This document shows, piece by piece, positions 16,950 through 28,782 of a stretch of DNA of 64,000 bases. The DNA is taken from NCBI RefSeq assembly GCF_057098645.1, contig NZ_CM169472.1; one strand, 5' to 3'. The first letter of the stretch is position 1, and every line of letters begins with the position of its first letter. Under the pieces are notes generated by a model. That model ran no database searches and was not told the origin of the DNA. It saw only the letters and a program-made list of their open reading frames with translations. The position numbers and the translations under genes are program-made.

Positions 16950-17720
16950 TCACCACAACCTAAACTCATCCGCATCCCGCCATGCCGGAAACTTTTCTCT
17001 ATATTCCCGCAATGCCATCATCGACAGCTCCGCATCAATGCGCGTTGCCTGATGCGCGTCGGCAGTAGCGATAATCTCGCCCTGTGGATTAATCACCCGG
17101 CTGTCACCGCGATAATGGCAGCCGTTGCCATCGCTGCCGACGCGATTACATCCCGCCACATACGCCTGATTCTCAATCGCGCGGGCCGTCAGCAATGCCT
17201 GCCAGTGCAGAGAGCGCGGAGCAGGCCAGTTGGCGACGTACAGGGCGAGGTCGTAATCGTTGAGATTGCGCGACCACACCGGAAAACGTAAGTCGTAGCA
17301 CACCAGCGGCAAAATACGCCAGCCGCGCCATTCCACAATCACTCGCTCATTGCCCGCTTTATAATGCAGATGCTCATCTGCCATTCGGAACCGATGACGC
17401 TTGTCATAAAAATGTACCGTGCCGCCCGGCTCAACCAGCAAAAAGCGGTTAACCGAACCAGACTCCGTTTGTAATGCAACACTGCCTGCAATCAGCGCAT
17501 TGCACTGCTGCGCTTTAGCTGTCATCCAGTTCACTACGTCATCTTGCGCTAGCGACGAAGCTGCCGCTTCCATGGCAAAGCCGCTGGTAAACATCTCCGG
17601 TAGAACGATCACATCGCGCCCGGTAATACCTTCCAGTTGACGATCAAAATGACGCAGGTTGGCAGGACCATCCATCCACACCAGTGGTTGCTGCAAAAGC
17701 GTAATCTTCAAACCAGGCAC
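16950..17720 (-). CDS. yafV: C-N hydrolase (omega-amidase family)
   Basis: Nitrilase-superfamily ORF; probable GTG start (MPGLKITLLQQ) with aaggag RBS. Confidence 0.85.
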   Translation of the reverse strand: MPGLKITLLQQPLVWMDGPANLRHFDRQLEGITGRDVIVLPEMFTSGFAMEAAASSLAQDDVVNWMTAKAQQCNALIAGSVALQTESGSVNRFLLVEPGGTVHFYDKRHRFRMADEHLHYKAGNERVIVEWRGWRILPLVCYDLRFPVWSRNLNDYDLALYVANWPAPRSLHWQALLTARAIENQAYVAGCNRVGSDGNGCHYRGDSRVINPQGEIIATADAHQATRIDAELSMMALREYREKFPAWRDADEFRLW

Positions 17721-17873
17721 GGTGTACAACTCCTTTATGCGAAGGGTTTTATAACTTTAACACCTTATCAGGCAGTTGCCTTAGCGCAGAATAAATTGAT
17801 AACAAATGCTGATATTGGAAATATCTGATTTGCAAATTATCGTGTTATCGCCAGGCTTTAGGAGGTTAATTAC

Positions 17874-18347
17874 ATGGGCAGGATAAGCTCGGGAGGAATG
17901 ATGTTTAAGGCAATAACGACAGTCGCCGCACTGCTCATCGCCACCAGTGCAATGGCGCAGGATGATTTAACCATTAGCAGCCTTGCAAAGGGCGAAACCA
18001 CCAAAGCTGCATTTAATCAGATGGTGCAAGGGCATAAGCTGCCTGCCTGGGTGATGAAAGGCGGTACTTATACCCCTGCACAAACCGTGACATTGGGAGA
18101 TGAGACGTATCAGGTGATGAGCGCGTGCAAACCGCATGACTGTGGCTCGCAACGTATCGCTGTGATGTGGTCCGAGAAATCTAATCAGATGACGGGGCTG
18201 TTCTCGACTATTGATGAGAAAACGTCGCAAGAGAAACTCACCTGGTTGAATGTGAACGATGCGCTTTCGATTGATGGTAAAACGGTGCTGTTCGCGGCGT
18301 TGACCGGCAGCCTGGAAAACCATCCGGATGGCTTTAATTTTAAATAA
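17874..18347 (+). CDS. ivy: inhibitor of vertebrate lysozyme (periplasmic)
   Basis: 157-aa ORF with signal peptide and CKPHDC motif. Confidence 0.9.
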   Translation: MGRISSGGMMFKAITTVAALLIATSAMAQDDLTISSLAKGETTKAAFNQMVQGHKLPAWVMKGGTYTPAQTVTLGDETYQVMSACKPHDCGSQRIAVMWSEKSNQMTGLFSTIDEKTSQEKLTWLNVNDALSIDGKTVLFAALTGSLENHPDGFNFK

Positions 18348-18360
18348 TTAGCGGATAAAG

Positions 18361-18383
18361 AAACGGAGCCTTTCGGCTCCGTT
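18361..18383. terminator. bidirectional terminator between ivy and fadE
   Basis: Hairpin aaacggagcctttcggctccgtt. Confidence 0.6.
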
Positions 18384-18389
18384 ATTCAA

Positions 18390-20834
18390 TTACGCGGCTT
18401 CAACTTTCCGCACTTTCTCCGGCAACTTTACCGGCTTCGTCGCCAGCTCTTCCGGATCAAAGTCATCAACGTTAATACTGCGCAGACGGCTTTCTTCAGC
18501 TTTCACCAGAATAGCGGCTTCATCTTTATCAATCAGCCCCTTCGCCAGCGCGTTGTGCGCCAGTTCATCCAGACGGGTAAACGGCAGATTTTTACCCAGC
18601 TCTTTACAGATCCGCTGATGAATTGGGTCGGCGGCAATCACATCCACCAGCGCCTCTTCCAGTAAACCAACCGGGTTATGCTCGCTCGGCGTCAGGTACT
18701 GACCGCGACCAATACGTGAACGGGTGGCGTTCGGCACTTGTAAAATCTTCGCCACCTTATGATCCAGCTTGTCAGACGGTGCTAGATAATGACGTCCGGT
18801 CGGGAAGATCACCACATTCAGCAGCCCGGCAACCACGCGGTTCGGGAAGTTTTGCAGTAAATCGTCCATCGCCTGTTCTGCCTGATACAGCGCATCCTGT
18901 ACGCCCCAGTGCACCAGCGGCAGGTCGGCTTCATTACGGCCTTCGTCGTCATAACGCTTCAGAACGGCAGAGGCGAGGTAAAGCTGGCTTAAAATATCCC
19001 CCAGACGTGCCGAGATACGCTCACGACGTTTCAGGCTGCCACCCAGCACCGCCATCGAGACATCAGAAAGCAGGGCGAGGTTGGCGCTAAGGCGGTTAAG
19101 ATGCTGATAGTAGCGTTTAGTGGCATCGCCGGTTGGCGTGCTGCTGGTTAAACCGCGCGTCAGGCCCAGCCAGAAGCTGCGAACTTTGTTGCTACCGACG
19201 TGACCGATATGTTTGAACAGCAGTTTATCGAACGCGTTAACGTCATTGTTCTTCGCCGCTTCCATCTCTTCCAGCACGTACGGATGGCAACGAATCGCTC
19301 CTTGTCCGAAGATCATCATGCTGCGGGTCAGAATGTTAGCCCCTTCAACGGTGATGGCAATCGGTGCGCCCTGGTAAGCACGCGCCAGGAAGTTGCTTTG
19401 CCCGAGCATAATGCCTTTGCCACCAGTGATATCCATCGCATCAATAATCGACTGCTGCCCGCGGTGAGTACAGTGATACTTAACGATAGCCGACAGCACG
19501 GCAGGTTTTTCGCCGAGCATAATGCCGTAGGTAATCAGCGATGCCGCAGCATCCATCACGTAGGCATTACCGGCAATACGCGCCAGCGGCTCTTCAATCC
19601 CTTCCATCTTACCGATAGAGATTTTGAACTGACGGCGAATGTGAGCATACGCGCCGGTTGCCAGCGCTACCGATTTCACGCCGCCGGTTGAGTTGGAAGG
19701 CAGTGTGATGCCGCGGCCTACCGAGAGGCACTCCACCAGCATCCGCCAGCCTTGCCCGGCCATTTTCGGCCCGCCGATGATGTAATCGATCGGCACGAAG
19801 ACATCTTTACCGCGCGTCGGTCCGTTCTGGAACGGTACGTTCAGCGGGAAGTGGCGACGACCAATTTCCACGCCCGGCGTGGTGGTTGGGATCAGCGCAC
19901 AGGTAATACCTAAATCTTCTGCACCGCCGAGTAATTTTTCCGGGTCGGAGAGTTTAAACGCCAGCCCAAGCACGGTCGCAATCGGTGCCAGCGTAATGTA
20001 GCGTTTGTTCCAGGTCAGTCGCATGCCCAGCACCTGCTGGCCCTGCCATTCACCCATGCAGACAATCCCGGTATCCGGAATCGCGCCCGCATCGGAACCC
20101 GCTTCCGGGCTGGTTAGTGCAAAGCAAGGGATTTCCTGACCACGCGCCAGACGCGGCAGATAGTGATCTTTCTGCTCGTCAGTGCCGTAATGTTGCAGCA
20201 GCTCGCCCGGGCCTAATGAGTTCGGCACGCCGACGGTAATCGCCAGGATCCCGCTCACGCCGGAGAGTTTTTGCAGCACGCGAGACTGGGCATAAGCTGA
20301 GAACTCCAGTCCGCCGTACTCTTTTTTGATAATCATCGCGAAGAAGCGATGCTCTTTAAGGTACGCCCACAACTCCGGCGGCAGATCCGCCAGCTCATGA
20401 GTAATCTGGAAATCATTCGCCATCCGGCAGGCTTCTTCTACCGGGCCGTCGAGAAACGCTTGCTCTTCTGCGGTCAGGCGCGGCTGCGGATAGTTATGCA
20501 GCTTTTTCCAGTCCGGCTTGCCCTGGAACAAGTCGCCCTCCCACCAGGTGGTGCCCGCATCAATCGCTTCTTTCTCAGTGCGCGACATCGGCGGCATCAC
20601 CTTACGGAAACCGCGAAATACCGGCGCGGAAATCATCGACTTACGCATAGGCGCAAAGTTAAATGGCACGAGGATAATGGCCAGAGGCACCAGTACCCAC
20701 GCCGACCACAGACCAGCAACGCCGAGGGCGGCTGTCCAGGCGAGCAAAATCAGACTGCTGATAAATAAGCTCACGCGGTGATAGAACAACGCGCCGAGCA
20801 GGACAACCGTAGCGAGAATACTCAAAATCATCAT
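18390..20834 (-). CDS. fadE: acyl-CoA dehydrogenase FadE
   Basis: 814-aa product from internal start [11 protein letters not shown]... of an 840-aa ORF; acyl-CoA dehydrogenase domains. Confidence 0.92.
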   Translation of the reverse strand: MMILSILATVVLLGALFYHRVSLFISSLILLAWTAALGVAGLWSAWVLVPLAIILVPFNFAPMRKSMISAPVFRGFRKVMPPMSRTEKEAIDAGTTWWEGDLFQGKPDWKKLHNYPQPRLTAEEQAFLDGPVEEACRMANDFQITHELADLPPELWAYLKEHRFFAMIIKKEYGGLEFSAYAQSRVLQKLSGVSGILAITVGVPNSLGPGELLQHYGTDEQKDHYLPRLARGQEIPCFALTSPEAGSDAGAIPDTGIVCMGEWQGQQVLGMRLTWNKRYITLAPIATVLGLAFKLSDPEKLLGGAEDLGITCALIPTTTPGVEIGRRHFPLNVPFQNGPTRGKDVFVPIDYIIGGPKMAGQGWRMLVECLSVGRGITLPSNSTGGVKSVALATGAYAHIRRQFKISIGKMEGIEEPLARIAGNAYVMDAAASLITYGIMLGEKPAVLSAIVKYHCTHRGQQSIIDAMDITGGKGIMLGQSNFLARAYQGAPIAITVEGANILTRSMMIFGQGAIRCHPYVLEEMEAAKNNDVNAFDKLLFKHIGHVGSNKVRSFWLGLTRGLTSSTPTGDATKRYYQHLNRLSANLALLSDVSMAVLGGSLKRRERISARLGDILSQLYLASAVLKRYDDEGRNEADLPLVHWGVQDALYQAEQAMDDLLQNFPNRVVAGLLNVVIFPTGRHYLAPSDKLDHKVAKILQVPNATRSRIGRGQYLTPSEHNPVGLLEEALVDVIAADPIHQRICKELGKNLPFTRLDELAHNALAKGLIDKDEAAILVKAEESRLRSINVDDFDPEELATKPVKLPEKVRKVEAA

Positions 20835-21073
20835 AACGAAAAGCCCCTTACTTGTAGGAGGTCTGACCACTTGTGATGATATGGTTGTAGTGGATGTAAA
20901 AACATTTAGCAATGTGTTTACAATATAATTACAACAAAGCTCACATTGTTGCTGTTTTTATCCGCACTTCAGGTCAAAAAGTCCTGGTCATAGCACCTGC
21001 CCGTACTTCTCGCTTTTGGCGGTATCCGGTACACTGCATTTTGTCTATTACATTTATGCTGAAGGATATCCTC

Positions 21074-21652
21074 ATGTACCAGGATCTTATTCGTAACGAA
21101 CTGAACGAAGCGGCGGAAACGCTGGCTAACTTTTTAAAAGATGACGCCAATATTCACGCCATTCAGCGCGCGGCGGTCCTGTTAGCAGATAGCTTTAAAG
21201 CCGGTGGCAAAGTGCTTTCCTGCGGCAACGGCGGCTCCCATTGCGACGCCATGCACTTTGCCGAAGAGTTGACCGGTCGCTACCGTGAAAACCGTCCGGG
21301 CTACCCGGCGATTGCTATTTCTGACGTTAGTCATATTTCATGCGTCGGTAACGATTTCGGTTTCAATGATATTTTCTCCCGTTACGTTGAAGCGGTAGGT
21401 CGCGAAGGCGATGTACTGCTGGGGATCTCCACCTCCGGTAACTCTGCAAACGTGATCAAAGCGATCGCAGCGGCGCGTGAGAAGGGAATGAAAGTGATCA
21501 CCCTGACCGGTAAAGACGGCGGCAAAATGGCTGGCACGGCGGATATCGAAATTCGCGTACCGCACTTTGGTTATGCCGACCGCATTCAGGAGATTCACAT
21601 TAAAGTGATCCATATCCTGATCCAGTTGATTGAAAAAGAGATGGTTAAGTAA
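21074..21652 (+). CDS. gmhA: sedoheptulose-7-phosphate isomerase (phosphoheptose isomerase)
   Basis: 192-aa product [17 protein letters not shown]... with SIS domain; ATG at 21074. Confidence 0.93.
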
Positions 21653-21654
21653 GT

Positions 21655-21800
21655 CTGGCGTAGGCCGGATAAGACGTTTACGCCGCATCCGGCAATTGTG
21701 CACCGATGCCTGATGCGACGCTGACGCGTCTTATCATGCCTACAAATCTGTACGCGAACCGTAGGCCGAATAATGCGTTCACGCCGCATCCGACCTGAAA
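21655..21800. repeat. REP/BIME palindromic units, cluster of about three
   Basis: gccggataagacgtttacgccgcatccggca, gcctgatgcgacgctgacgcgtcttatcatgcctaca and gccgaataatgcgttcacgccgcatccgac REP-type palindromes. Confidence 0.85.
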
Positions 21801-21857
21801 ATTCTTAAATCAATCTTCGCCGGGGGCCATGCGCTCCCGCTGTTGTGGAGGTTACCC

Positions 21858-22625
21858 ATGTGCGAATTGCTCGGGATGAGCGCCAACGTCCCTACCGATA
21901 TCTGCTTTAGTTTCACCGGTCTGGTGCAGCGTGGTGGTGGAACCGGGCCACATAAAGATGGCTGGGGCATTACCTTTTACGAAGGTAAAGGCTGTCGCAC
22001 ATTTAAAGATCCGCAACCCAGCTTTAACTCACCTATCGCCAAACTGGTCCAGGACTACCCGATAAAATCCTGTTCGGTGGTGGCTCATATTCGCCAGGCT
22101 AATCGGGGCGAGGTGGCGCTGGAAAATACTCACCCGTTTACCCGCGAGTTATGGGGGCGTAACTGGACTTATGCCCATAACGGGCAACTGACGGGCTACA
22201 AATCACTGGAAACCGGCAACTTCCGCCCGGTCGGTGAAACCGACAGCGAAAAAGCCTTTTGCTGGCTCCTGCATAAATTAACGCAGCGTTACCCGCGCAC
22301 GCCGGGCAACATGGCGGCAGTGTTTAAATATATCGCCTCACTGGCGGATGAACTGCGGGCGAAGGGCGTTTTCAACATGCTGCTTTCGGACGGTCGCTAT
22401 GTAATGGCGTATTGCTCGACTAATTTACACTGGATCACCCGCCGCGCGCCGTTTGGCGTGGCAACGTTGCTGGATCAGGATGTGGAAATCGACTTCAGCT
22501 CGCAGACCACACCGAATGATGTGGTCACGGTGATTGCAACACAGCCGCTGACGGGCAATGAAACCTGGCAAAAGATTATGCCAGGCGAATGGCGCTTATT
22601 TTGCCTCGGGGAGCGTGTAGTTTGA
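21858..22625 (+). CDS. yafJ: class II glutamine amidotransferase-like protein
   Basis: 255-aa product starting [10 protein letters not shown] (N-terminal Cys nucleophile). Confidence 0.85.
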   Translation: MCELLGMSANVPTDICFSFTGLVQRGGGTGPHKDGWGITFYEGKGCRTFKDPQPSFNSPIAKLVQDYPIKSCSVVAHIRQANRGEVALENTHPFTRELWGRNWTYAHNGQLTGYKSLETGNFRPVGETDSEKAFCWLLHKLTQRYPRTPGNMAAVFKYIASLADELRAKGVFNMLLSDGRYVMAYCSTNLHWITRRAPFGVATLLDQDVEIDFSSQTTPNDVVTVIATQPLTGNETWQKIMPGEWRLFCLGERVV

Positions 22626-23336
22626 TGCCAGTTGTGGTTGCACAACTTCGTGGCTTAACGGCTTGCTGACCACGTAACGACCATTGACCACAGAAACGGT
22701 CGGTGGCTTACGGGTTTGCTCAAAGTAGTCGTAACCCGGCTTCAGTTGCTCCCAGAAGTCCTTAAAGTTGGAATATTTATGGCGCTTCATATTAGCGTCG
22801 GTCATGCGGAACGGGTAAATGCTCACCTGCACGCTCGGCTGACCAAATACCAGCGCGCCAGTAACGAACTGGAAGATCTCGTCAATGCCCTGATTGGTCA
22901 TCGCGTAGCAGCCGATGGAAACACAATCGCCGTGGATCATCAGGTATTTCCCTTCATAACCATGCGCACGGTCATAGGCGTTAGGAAAACCAATATTAAT
23001 CGCTTTGTAGTAACGGCTATCTGGTTTTAACTGATTACGCTGGACACTATAAAACCCTTCCGGACTTTTGAAATCGCCCTGACGTTGTTTCGGACCTAAC
23101 CCGCCGGAATATTTACAGATTTTATAGCTGTCGAGCAGCTGATATTGCTCGCCCATTTTGACGTAGAGATCGAGCGTACGTTCTTCCTTGAAGATCTGGA
23201 TGTAGACAGGGGATCCCATCAACTGCTGCTTATACTCTTTGCTCACTGGCGTGGTAGAGCTACTGCTGCCCAGCAAACCGGCAAATGAAACGCACGGGAC
23301 CAACAACATCGCAAGAATTAATGCGATTTTACGCAT
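22596..23336 (-). CDS. yafK: L,D-transpeptidase family periplasmic protein
   Basis: 246-aa ORF with signal peptide and YkuD-like HGxxxxxxC signature ([10 protein letters not shown]). Confidence 0.85.
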   Translation of the reverse strand: MRKIALILAMLLVPCVSFAGLLGSSSSTTPVSKEYKQQLMGSPVYIQIFKEERTLDLYVKMGEQYQLLDSYKICKYSGGLGPKQRQGDFKSPEGFYSVQRNQLKPDSRYYKAINIGFPNAYDRAHGYEGKYLMIHGDCVSIGCYAMTNQGIDEIFQFVTGALVFGQPSVQVSIYPFRMTDANMKRHKYSNFKDFWEQLKPGYDYFEQTRKPPTVSVVNGRYVVSKPLSHEVVQPQLASNYTLPEAK

Positions 23337-23648
23337 ACTGCTTATTCCTTGATAAAACGGTTACACACGCCAGGACGGCAAAATGGATCCCAAATCGGAA
23401 TAGTCTGGATTTGGAAGGCTCACATTATCACCAAAAGAGTTTTACGCAAGCCTGTCGGAGCAGGGTTTACAAATTTAGCATAAGTAGCGATTTTCAAAAG
23501 TCCGAAAAGCGCATGTAAAACGGATTTATTTCTTATTTCCTAAGATTATGAAACCTCGATAGTAATATGCAAATAAGCAATTAATAATCCCGCTTCTCCT
23601 TTCTGTCCCCTAATATTCTCATCTTCATTCAGCCGGTTTATATCTTCC

Positions 23649-24398
23649 ATGTATTTGTTCTCTCACGACAGATTGCTGCGCCTGGGCGTGTTTTCTTTGC
23701 CCCTTTTGCTTCCTTTACTCGCCAGCGCCGCCACACCGCACATCTCCCTCAGCTACGCCGCCCGCCAGCGGATGCAAAACCGTGCGCGGGTACTCAAACT
23801 GTACCAGGCACATCTGAAAAAACAGGCCAGCTATATTGTGGAAGGCAATGCCGAAAGCAGACGGGCGCTGCGCCAGCACAACCGTGAGCAGATAAAACAG
23901 CACCCGGAGTGGTTTCCTGGCCCGCTGAAATTGAGCGACCGACGCTGGCAGGCGCTGGCGGAAAACAATCACTTTTTAAGCAGCGATCACCTGCATAATA
24001 TTACCGAAGTGGCGATCCACCGCCTGGAGCAGCAGCTTGGCAAGCCTTACGTCTGGGGCGGCACGCGGCCCGATAAAGGCTTCGACTGTAGTGGGTTGGT
24101 TTTTTATGCCTACAACAAGATCCTCGAGGCGAAGCTCCCGCGCACGGCCAATGAGATGTATCACTACTATCGGGCAACAATTGTGGCGAACAACGACCTG
24201 CGCCGGGGAGATTTGCTGTTTTTCCATATCCACAGCCGCGAAATTGCCGATCATATGGGCGTGTATCTGGGCGATGGGCAATTTATCGAGTCGCCACGCA
24301 CCGGGGAAACCATTCGGGTAAGCCAGTTAGCTGAACCTTTCTGGCAGGACCATTTTTTGGGCGCGCGCAGGATTTTGACGGAAGAGACGATTTTGTAA
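23649..24398 (+). CDS. yafL: NlpC/P60 family peptidoglycan endopeptidase
   Basis: 249-aa ORF with signal peptide and NlpC/P60 Cys-His core (DCSGLV...H). Confidence 0.85.
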   Translation: MYLFSHDRLLRLGVFSLPLLLPLLASAATPHISLSYAARQRMQNRARVLKLYQAHLKKQASYIVEGNAESRRALRQHNREQIKQHPEWFPGPLKLSDRRWQALAENNHFLSSDHLHNITEVAIHRLEQQLGKPYVWGGTRPDKGFDCSGLVFYAYNKILEAKLPRTANEMYHYYRATIVANNDLRRGDLLFFHIHSREIADHMGVYLGDGQFIESPRTGETIRVSQLAEPFWQDHFLGARRILTEETIL

Positions 24399-24454
24399 AT
24401 GGGTAATATTGACGAACTGGCAAAAGGCCGGATGCCACACGGCATCCGACTTGT

Positions 24455-24811
24455 TTACATCTGGGCTGAAAACTCACGTTCTAAGACATCAACAATGAGC
24501 TGGTTTTTTGAAATGGAATGTTGTCTGGCGACGATGGTCAGCCGCGAATCAATGTGATGAGGAACACGAAGCGTCAGGCGTTTTTGCTCTTCTTCTTCAC
24601 GAAAAGGGGCAATACCGTCCTCTTCACAATCCGCCATCCACTCATCCAGCGCGCTTTCGCCCTCACGATATAATGCCTCAATGCTTGTGGCTACAAAGTC
24701 ACAATAACCGTTTACATTGAGGAATTTGCCGCGAAATGCATTGATATCGGCTTCAAATGTCACTGCGGCTGGTTGACCTTTAATTGTGATAATGTTCGAT
24801 GCTTTATTCAT
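24455..24811 (-). CDS. HicB-like antitoxin (N-terminal HicB fold, C-terminal ribbon-helix-helix)
   Basis: 118-aa ORF; C-terminus RLTLRVPHHIDSRLTIVARQHSISKNQLIVDVLEREF resembles an RHH DNA-binding domain; 8-nt overlap with the upstream ORF. Confidence 0.55.
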   Translation of the reverse strand: MNKASNIITIKGQPAAVTFEADINAFRGKFLNVNGYCDFVATSIEALYREGESALDEWMADCEEDGIAPFREEEEQKRLTLRVPHHIDSRLTIVARQHSISKNQLIVDVLEREFSAQM

Positions 24812-25103
24812 AATCTACCCCTACACAGTTAACAAACCACTCCTTAAGACCTGCTACTGCGCCTTTATCCATCACATTCTTTGGATGTGGCTCATGTGTA
24901 CTGAATTTGGTCGTTCCAATCTGAAATTTCCTTCTGGACCCATTGTTATTTTTTATTGTTCCACCCGCCGCTTTAATGAGCGCAACAACATCATCCCATT
25001 TAATTCCAGATTTTGGCGGCTCCGTCATTACATCGTCGAATGTTTTTCTATGGCGGGAGCCTAGCGCGCTGACCTTAATCATACTATCAATCCATGACAT
25101 CAT
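24804..25103 (-). CDS. HicA-like (YcfA family) putative mRNA-interferase toxin
   Basis: 99-aa ORF (true start may be internal; MTEPPKSG... gives 74 aa); GSRRKF...THEPHP...GLKEW resembles HicA; translationally coupled to the downstream ORF. Confidence 0.45.
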   Translation of the reverse strand: MMSWIDSMIKVSALGSRHRKTFDDVMTEPPKSGIKWDDVVALIKAAGGTIKNNNGSRRKFQIGTTKFSTHEPHPKNVMDKGAVAGLKEWFVNCVGVDYE

Positions 25104-25186
25104 TGTATGGTGTCATCGTAGTATGTTTGCAATGTGACGTCAATCAATGGTGTCAGATGCATGCAAAGCATGGAAAAGAATCCCCA

Positions 25187-26959
25187 TCAACTCACTGCCC
25201 CCATAATCTTCAACTCCAGCTCATCCGGCACTTCGTTATACGACAGCACATGCAGCCCCGGCGCAAACAACCTTGCATAGCGAGCCAGCAAAGGGCGCAG
25301 CTGCGGCGGCACCAGCAGTACCGGGTCTTTCCCCGCCGCTTTCATCTGCTCTTTTACCTGCGGCATCGTGCTCTGGAACTGGTTGAGCATATTCGGGTCG
25401 ACCGGCACGCTGTCGAGCATCACTTTGCCGCCCTGTTGCGCCTGATTCACCACGTTGGTCAGCAGATTTTCCAGCTCATTATTCAGCATATACACCGTAA
25501 GCTCCTGCTTGCGAACGAACGGATGGGTAATGCTGCGCCGCAGCGCCAGGCGTACATCGGCTGCCAGCAGAATGTGATCTTTAGTCACCGTGCTACTGGC
25601 GACCAGCACGGTGGCGATGGTGACGATATCGCGCAGGGAAACGCCTTCGGTCAGCAGCGCACGGTACACTTTCAGCAACTGGCTGTAATTCAGCGCCGCG
25701 CTCAAATCCTCCGCCAGGCGCGGTGCCATCGACGACAGGCGGTTATGCAACTGTGTGATGTCATCATAGTTAAACAAATCAGGAATATAGCTGCGCACAA
25801 TCTTGTTTACATGGGTGGCAATCACGCTGGCGCTGTCGATTACCTGATACCCCATATTCAGCGCCTTCGCTTTCTGCGCGGGCTGGATCCAGGTCACCGG
25901 CATCCCGTACGCCGGGTCGTTCCCCAGCACGCCGTCTATCTCGCCGTAGGTTTCGCTGGAGGGCAGGGCCATCAGTTTATCCGCCGGAATATCCGCTTCA
26001 TCGGCCTTAATGCCGTTGATGAAAATAGCGTACTGGCTGGGCTTGAGGCGGAAATTTTCCCGAATGCGGATCTCCGGCAGCAGCACGCCGTTGCCGTCAG
26101 AAATCACCTGCCTCACGCCGCGAATCCGCTGGGTGAGTGGGTTGCCCTGCGCTTTATCGACCAGCGCTACTAGCTTGTAGCCAAGGCTTAAACTGATAGG
26201 CTCGATAAGCGGAATGGTTTCCCAACTGACCTGTTGCTCGCTGGTTTCAGTGATAGTGCGGGTCAGCGTTTCGAGGCTTTTCTCTTCCGCCTCCGCCGCC
26301 TGCGGGCGTTTGCTCATCCGCCAGCCGGTAAAACCCAGTAGGGCGCTGAACAGCAAAAACGGCAGGTGCGGCATCCCCGGCACCACTGCCAGCACGAACA
26401 TGATCCCAGTGGCGGTGTAGAGTACCGTCGGGCTTGCCAGCAGCTGGTGGCGCACGTCATGGGCGATATCGCCGTTATCGCTGACGCGGGTGACGATTAT
26501 CGCCGCCGCGGTGGAGAGCAGGAGGGAAGGGATCTGCGCCACCAGGCCGTCGCCGATGGTCATCAGCACATACTGCTGGAAGGCGGCATCGGCGCTCAGG
26601 TTGTATTTGAAGATCCCGATACAGACGCCGCCGATCAGGTTGATCGCCAGAATCATCATCCCGGCGATGGCGTCCCCGCGCACAAACTTAGATGCCCCGT
26701 CCATTGCGCCGTAGAAATCGGCCTCGCTGGCAACATCTTTACGCCGGGTTTGCGCCTGCGCCTGGTTGATCAACCCGGCGTTAAGATCGGCGTCAATCGC
26801 CATCTGCTTGCCGGGCATCGCGTCCAGGGTAAAGCGGGCAGAAACCTCGGAAATACGCTCGGCCCCTTTGGTGACGACGATAAAGTTGATTGTCAACAGC
26901 GTCAGTAAATCCGAGCGCGAAAGTATTATTGCCGCGCTGCACGGGCAGTCGATTTTCAA
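25187..26959 (-). pseudogene. lfhA: FlhA-like lateral-flagellar (Flag-2) export gene remnant, N-terminally truncated
   Basis: 590-aa ORF matching FlhA from ...VVTKGAERISEVSARFTLDAMPGKQM onward; N-terminal transmembrane region missing. Confidence 0.8.
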
Positions 26960-27656
26960 CGGTGGCGGGTTGTCGCCGTTAAATAAAATCAGCCCGTCTC
27001 ATCCGCCAAAACCTGCCACCGTGGCGGTGCCGGAAGAGACGGAGAAAAAAGCGCGCGACGTCAATGAGAAAACGGCGCTGCTGAAGAAGAAATCCGCCAC
27101 CGAGCTTGGTGAGCTGGCAACCAGTATCAACACCATTGCCCGTGATGCGCATATGGAAGCGAATCTGGAGATGGAGATTGTCCCGCAGGGATTACGCGTG
27201 CTGATTAAAGACGACCAGAATCGCAATATGTTCGAACGCGGCAGCGCGCAGATTATGCCGTTCTTTAAAACGCTGCTGGTGGAGTTAGCGCCAGTGTTCG
27301 ACTCGCTCGATAATAAAATTATTATTACCGGGCATACCGATGCGATGGCCTACAAAAACAATATCTACAACAACTGGAACCTTTCGGGTGACCGCGCGCT
27401 TTCGGCTCGTCGGGTGCTGGAAGAGGCCGGAATGCCGGAAGATAAAGTGATGCAGGTAAGCGCAATGGCGGACCAGATGCTGCTGGATGCCAAAAATCCG
27501 CAAAGCGCGGGCAATCGGCGTATTGAGATTATGGTGCTGACCAAAAGTGCGTCCGATACGCTGTATCAATACTTTGGTCAGCATGGGGATAAAGTGGTGC
27601 AGCCGCTGGTGCAAAAGCTGGATAAGCAGCAGGTGCTTTCGCAGCGAATGCGCTAA
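26895..27656 (+). pseudogene. lafU: MotB/LafU-like lateral-flagellar motor gene remnant (C-terminal OmpA-like domain only)
   Basis: C-terminal part of the 296-aa ORF has MotB/OmpA-C features (IIITGHTDAMAY..., NRRIEIMV); N-terminal part of the ORF overlaps lfhA antisense and is not protein-like; start coordinate approximate. Confidence 0.7.
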
Positions 27657-27694
27657 ATGCTGAATCTTTACGCATTTCTCAAACCCTGAAATCA

Positions 27695-27710
27695 CTGTAT
27701 ACTTTACCAG
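27695..27710 (+). promoter_or_regulatory. LexA (SOS) box upstream of dinB
   Basis: ctgtatactttaccag fits CTGT-N8-ACAG, about 17 bp upstream of the dinB ATG. Confidence 0.8.
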
Positions 27711-27726
27711 TGTTGAGAGGTGAGCA

Positions 27727-28782
27727 ATGCGTAAAATCATTCATGTGGATATGGACTGCTTTTTCGCAGCGGTGGAGATGCGCGACAATCCCGCCCTGCG
27801 CGATATCCCTATTGCTATTGGCGGTAGCCGCGAACGTCGGGGGGTGATCAGCACCGCCAATTATCCCGCGCGTAAATTTGGCGTACGTAGCGCTATGCCG
27901 ACAGGGATGGCGCTCAAATTATGCCCACATCTCACCTTGCTTCCGGGGCGCTTTGACGCCTACAAAGAAGCCTCAAATCATATCCGTGAAATCTTCTCGC
28001 GCTACACCTCGCGTATTGAACCGTTGTCACTGGATGAGGCTTATCTCGATGTCACCGATAGCGTCCATTGCCACGGTTCTGCGACCCTCATCGCCCAGGA
28101 AATCCGCCAGACGATCTTCAACGAGCTGCAACTGACGGCATCTGCGGGCGTGGCACCAGTAAAGTTTCTCGCCAAAATCGCCTCCGACATGAATAAACCC
28201 AACGGCCAGTTTGTGATTACGCCGGCAGAAGTTCCGGCATTTTTACAAACCTTACCACTGGCAAAAATCCCCGGCGTCGGCAAAGTCTCGGCGGCAAAAC
28301 TGGAAGCGATGGGGCTGCGGACCTGCGGTGATGTACAAAAGTGTGATCTGGTGATACTGCTTAAACGCTTTGGCAAATTTGGCCGCATTTTGTGGGAGCG
28401 TAGTCAGGGGATTGACGAACGCGATGTTAACAGCGAACGGTTGCGAAAATCCGTCGGCGTGGAACGCACGATGGCGGAAGATATTCATCACTGGTCTGAA
28501 TGTGAGGCGATTATCGAGCGGCTGTATCCGGAACTTGAACGCCGTCTGGCAAAGGTGAAACCTGATTTACTGATTGCTCGCCAGGGGGTGAAATTAAAGT
28601 TCGACGATTTTCAGCAAACCACCCAGGAGCACGTCTGGCCGCGGCTGAATAAAGCTGATCTAATCGCCACCGCGCGTAAAACCTGGGATGAACGCCGCGG
28701 CGGGCGCGGTGTGCGACTGGTGGGGCTGCATGTGACGTTGCTGGATCCGCAAATGGAAAGACAACTGGTGCTGGGATTATGA
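27727..28782 (+). CDS. dinB: DNA polymerase IV (Y-family translesion polymerase)
   Basis: 351-aa ORF starting [33 protein letters not shown]. Confidence 0.95.
   Translation: MRKIIHVDMDCFFAAVEMRDNPALRDIPIAIGGSRERRGVISTANYPARKFGVRSAMPTGMALKLCPHLTLLPGRFDAYKEASNHIREIFSRYTSRIEPLSLDEAYLDVTDSVHCHGSATLIAQEIRQTIFNELQLTASAGVAPVKFLAKIASDMNKPNGQFVITPAEVPAFLQTLPLAKIPGVGKVSAAKLEAMGLRTCGDVQKCDLVILLKRFGKFGRILWERSQGIDERDVNSERLRKSVGVERTMAEDIHHWSECEAIIERLYPELERRLAKVKPDLLIARQGVKLKFDDFQQTTQEHVWPRLNKADLIATARKTWDERRGGRGVRLVGLHVTLLDPQMERQLVLGL

Noticed and set aside
18623-20781. Several 87- to 163-aa plus-strand ORFs
   Set aside because: All lie antisense within fadE; no RBS or protein-like composition.
23337-23648. 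Possible remnant of a yafQ-dinJ toxin-antitoxin module between yafK and yafL
   Set aside because: No ORF or RHH-like coding potential is detectable in this 312-bp spacer; the module appears to be absent rather than degraded.
25094-26173. 359-aa plus-strand ORF with very high Arg/His/Gln content
   Set aside because: Antisense to the FlhA-like gene; the composition is typical of an antisense frame in GC-rich coding DNA.
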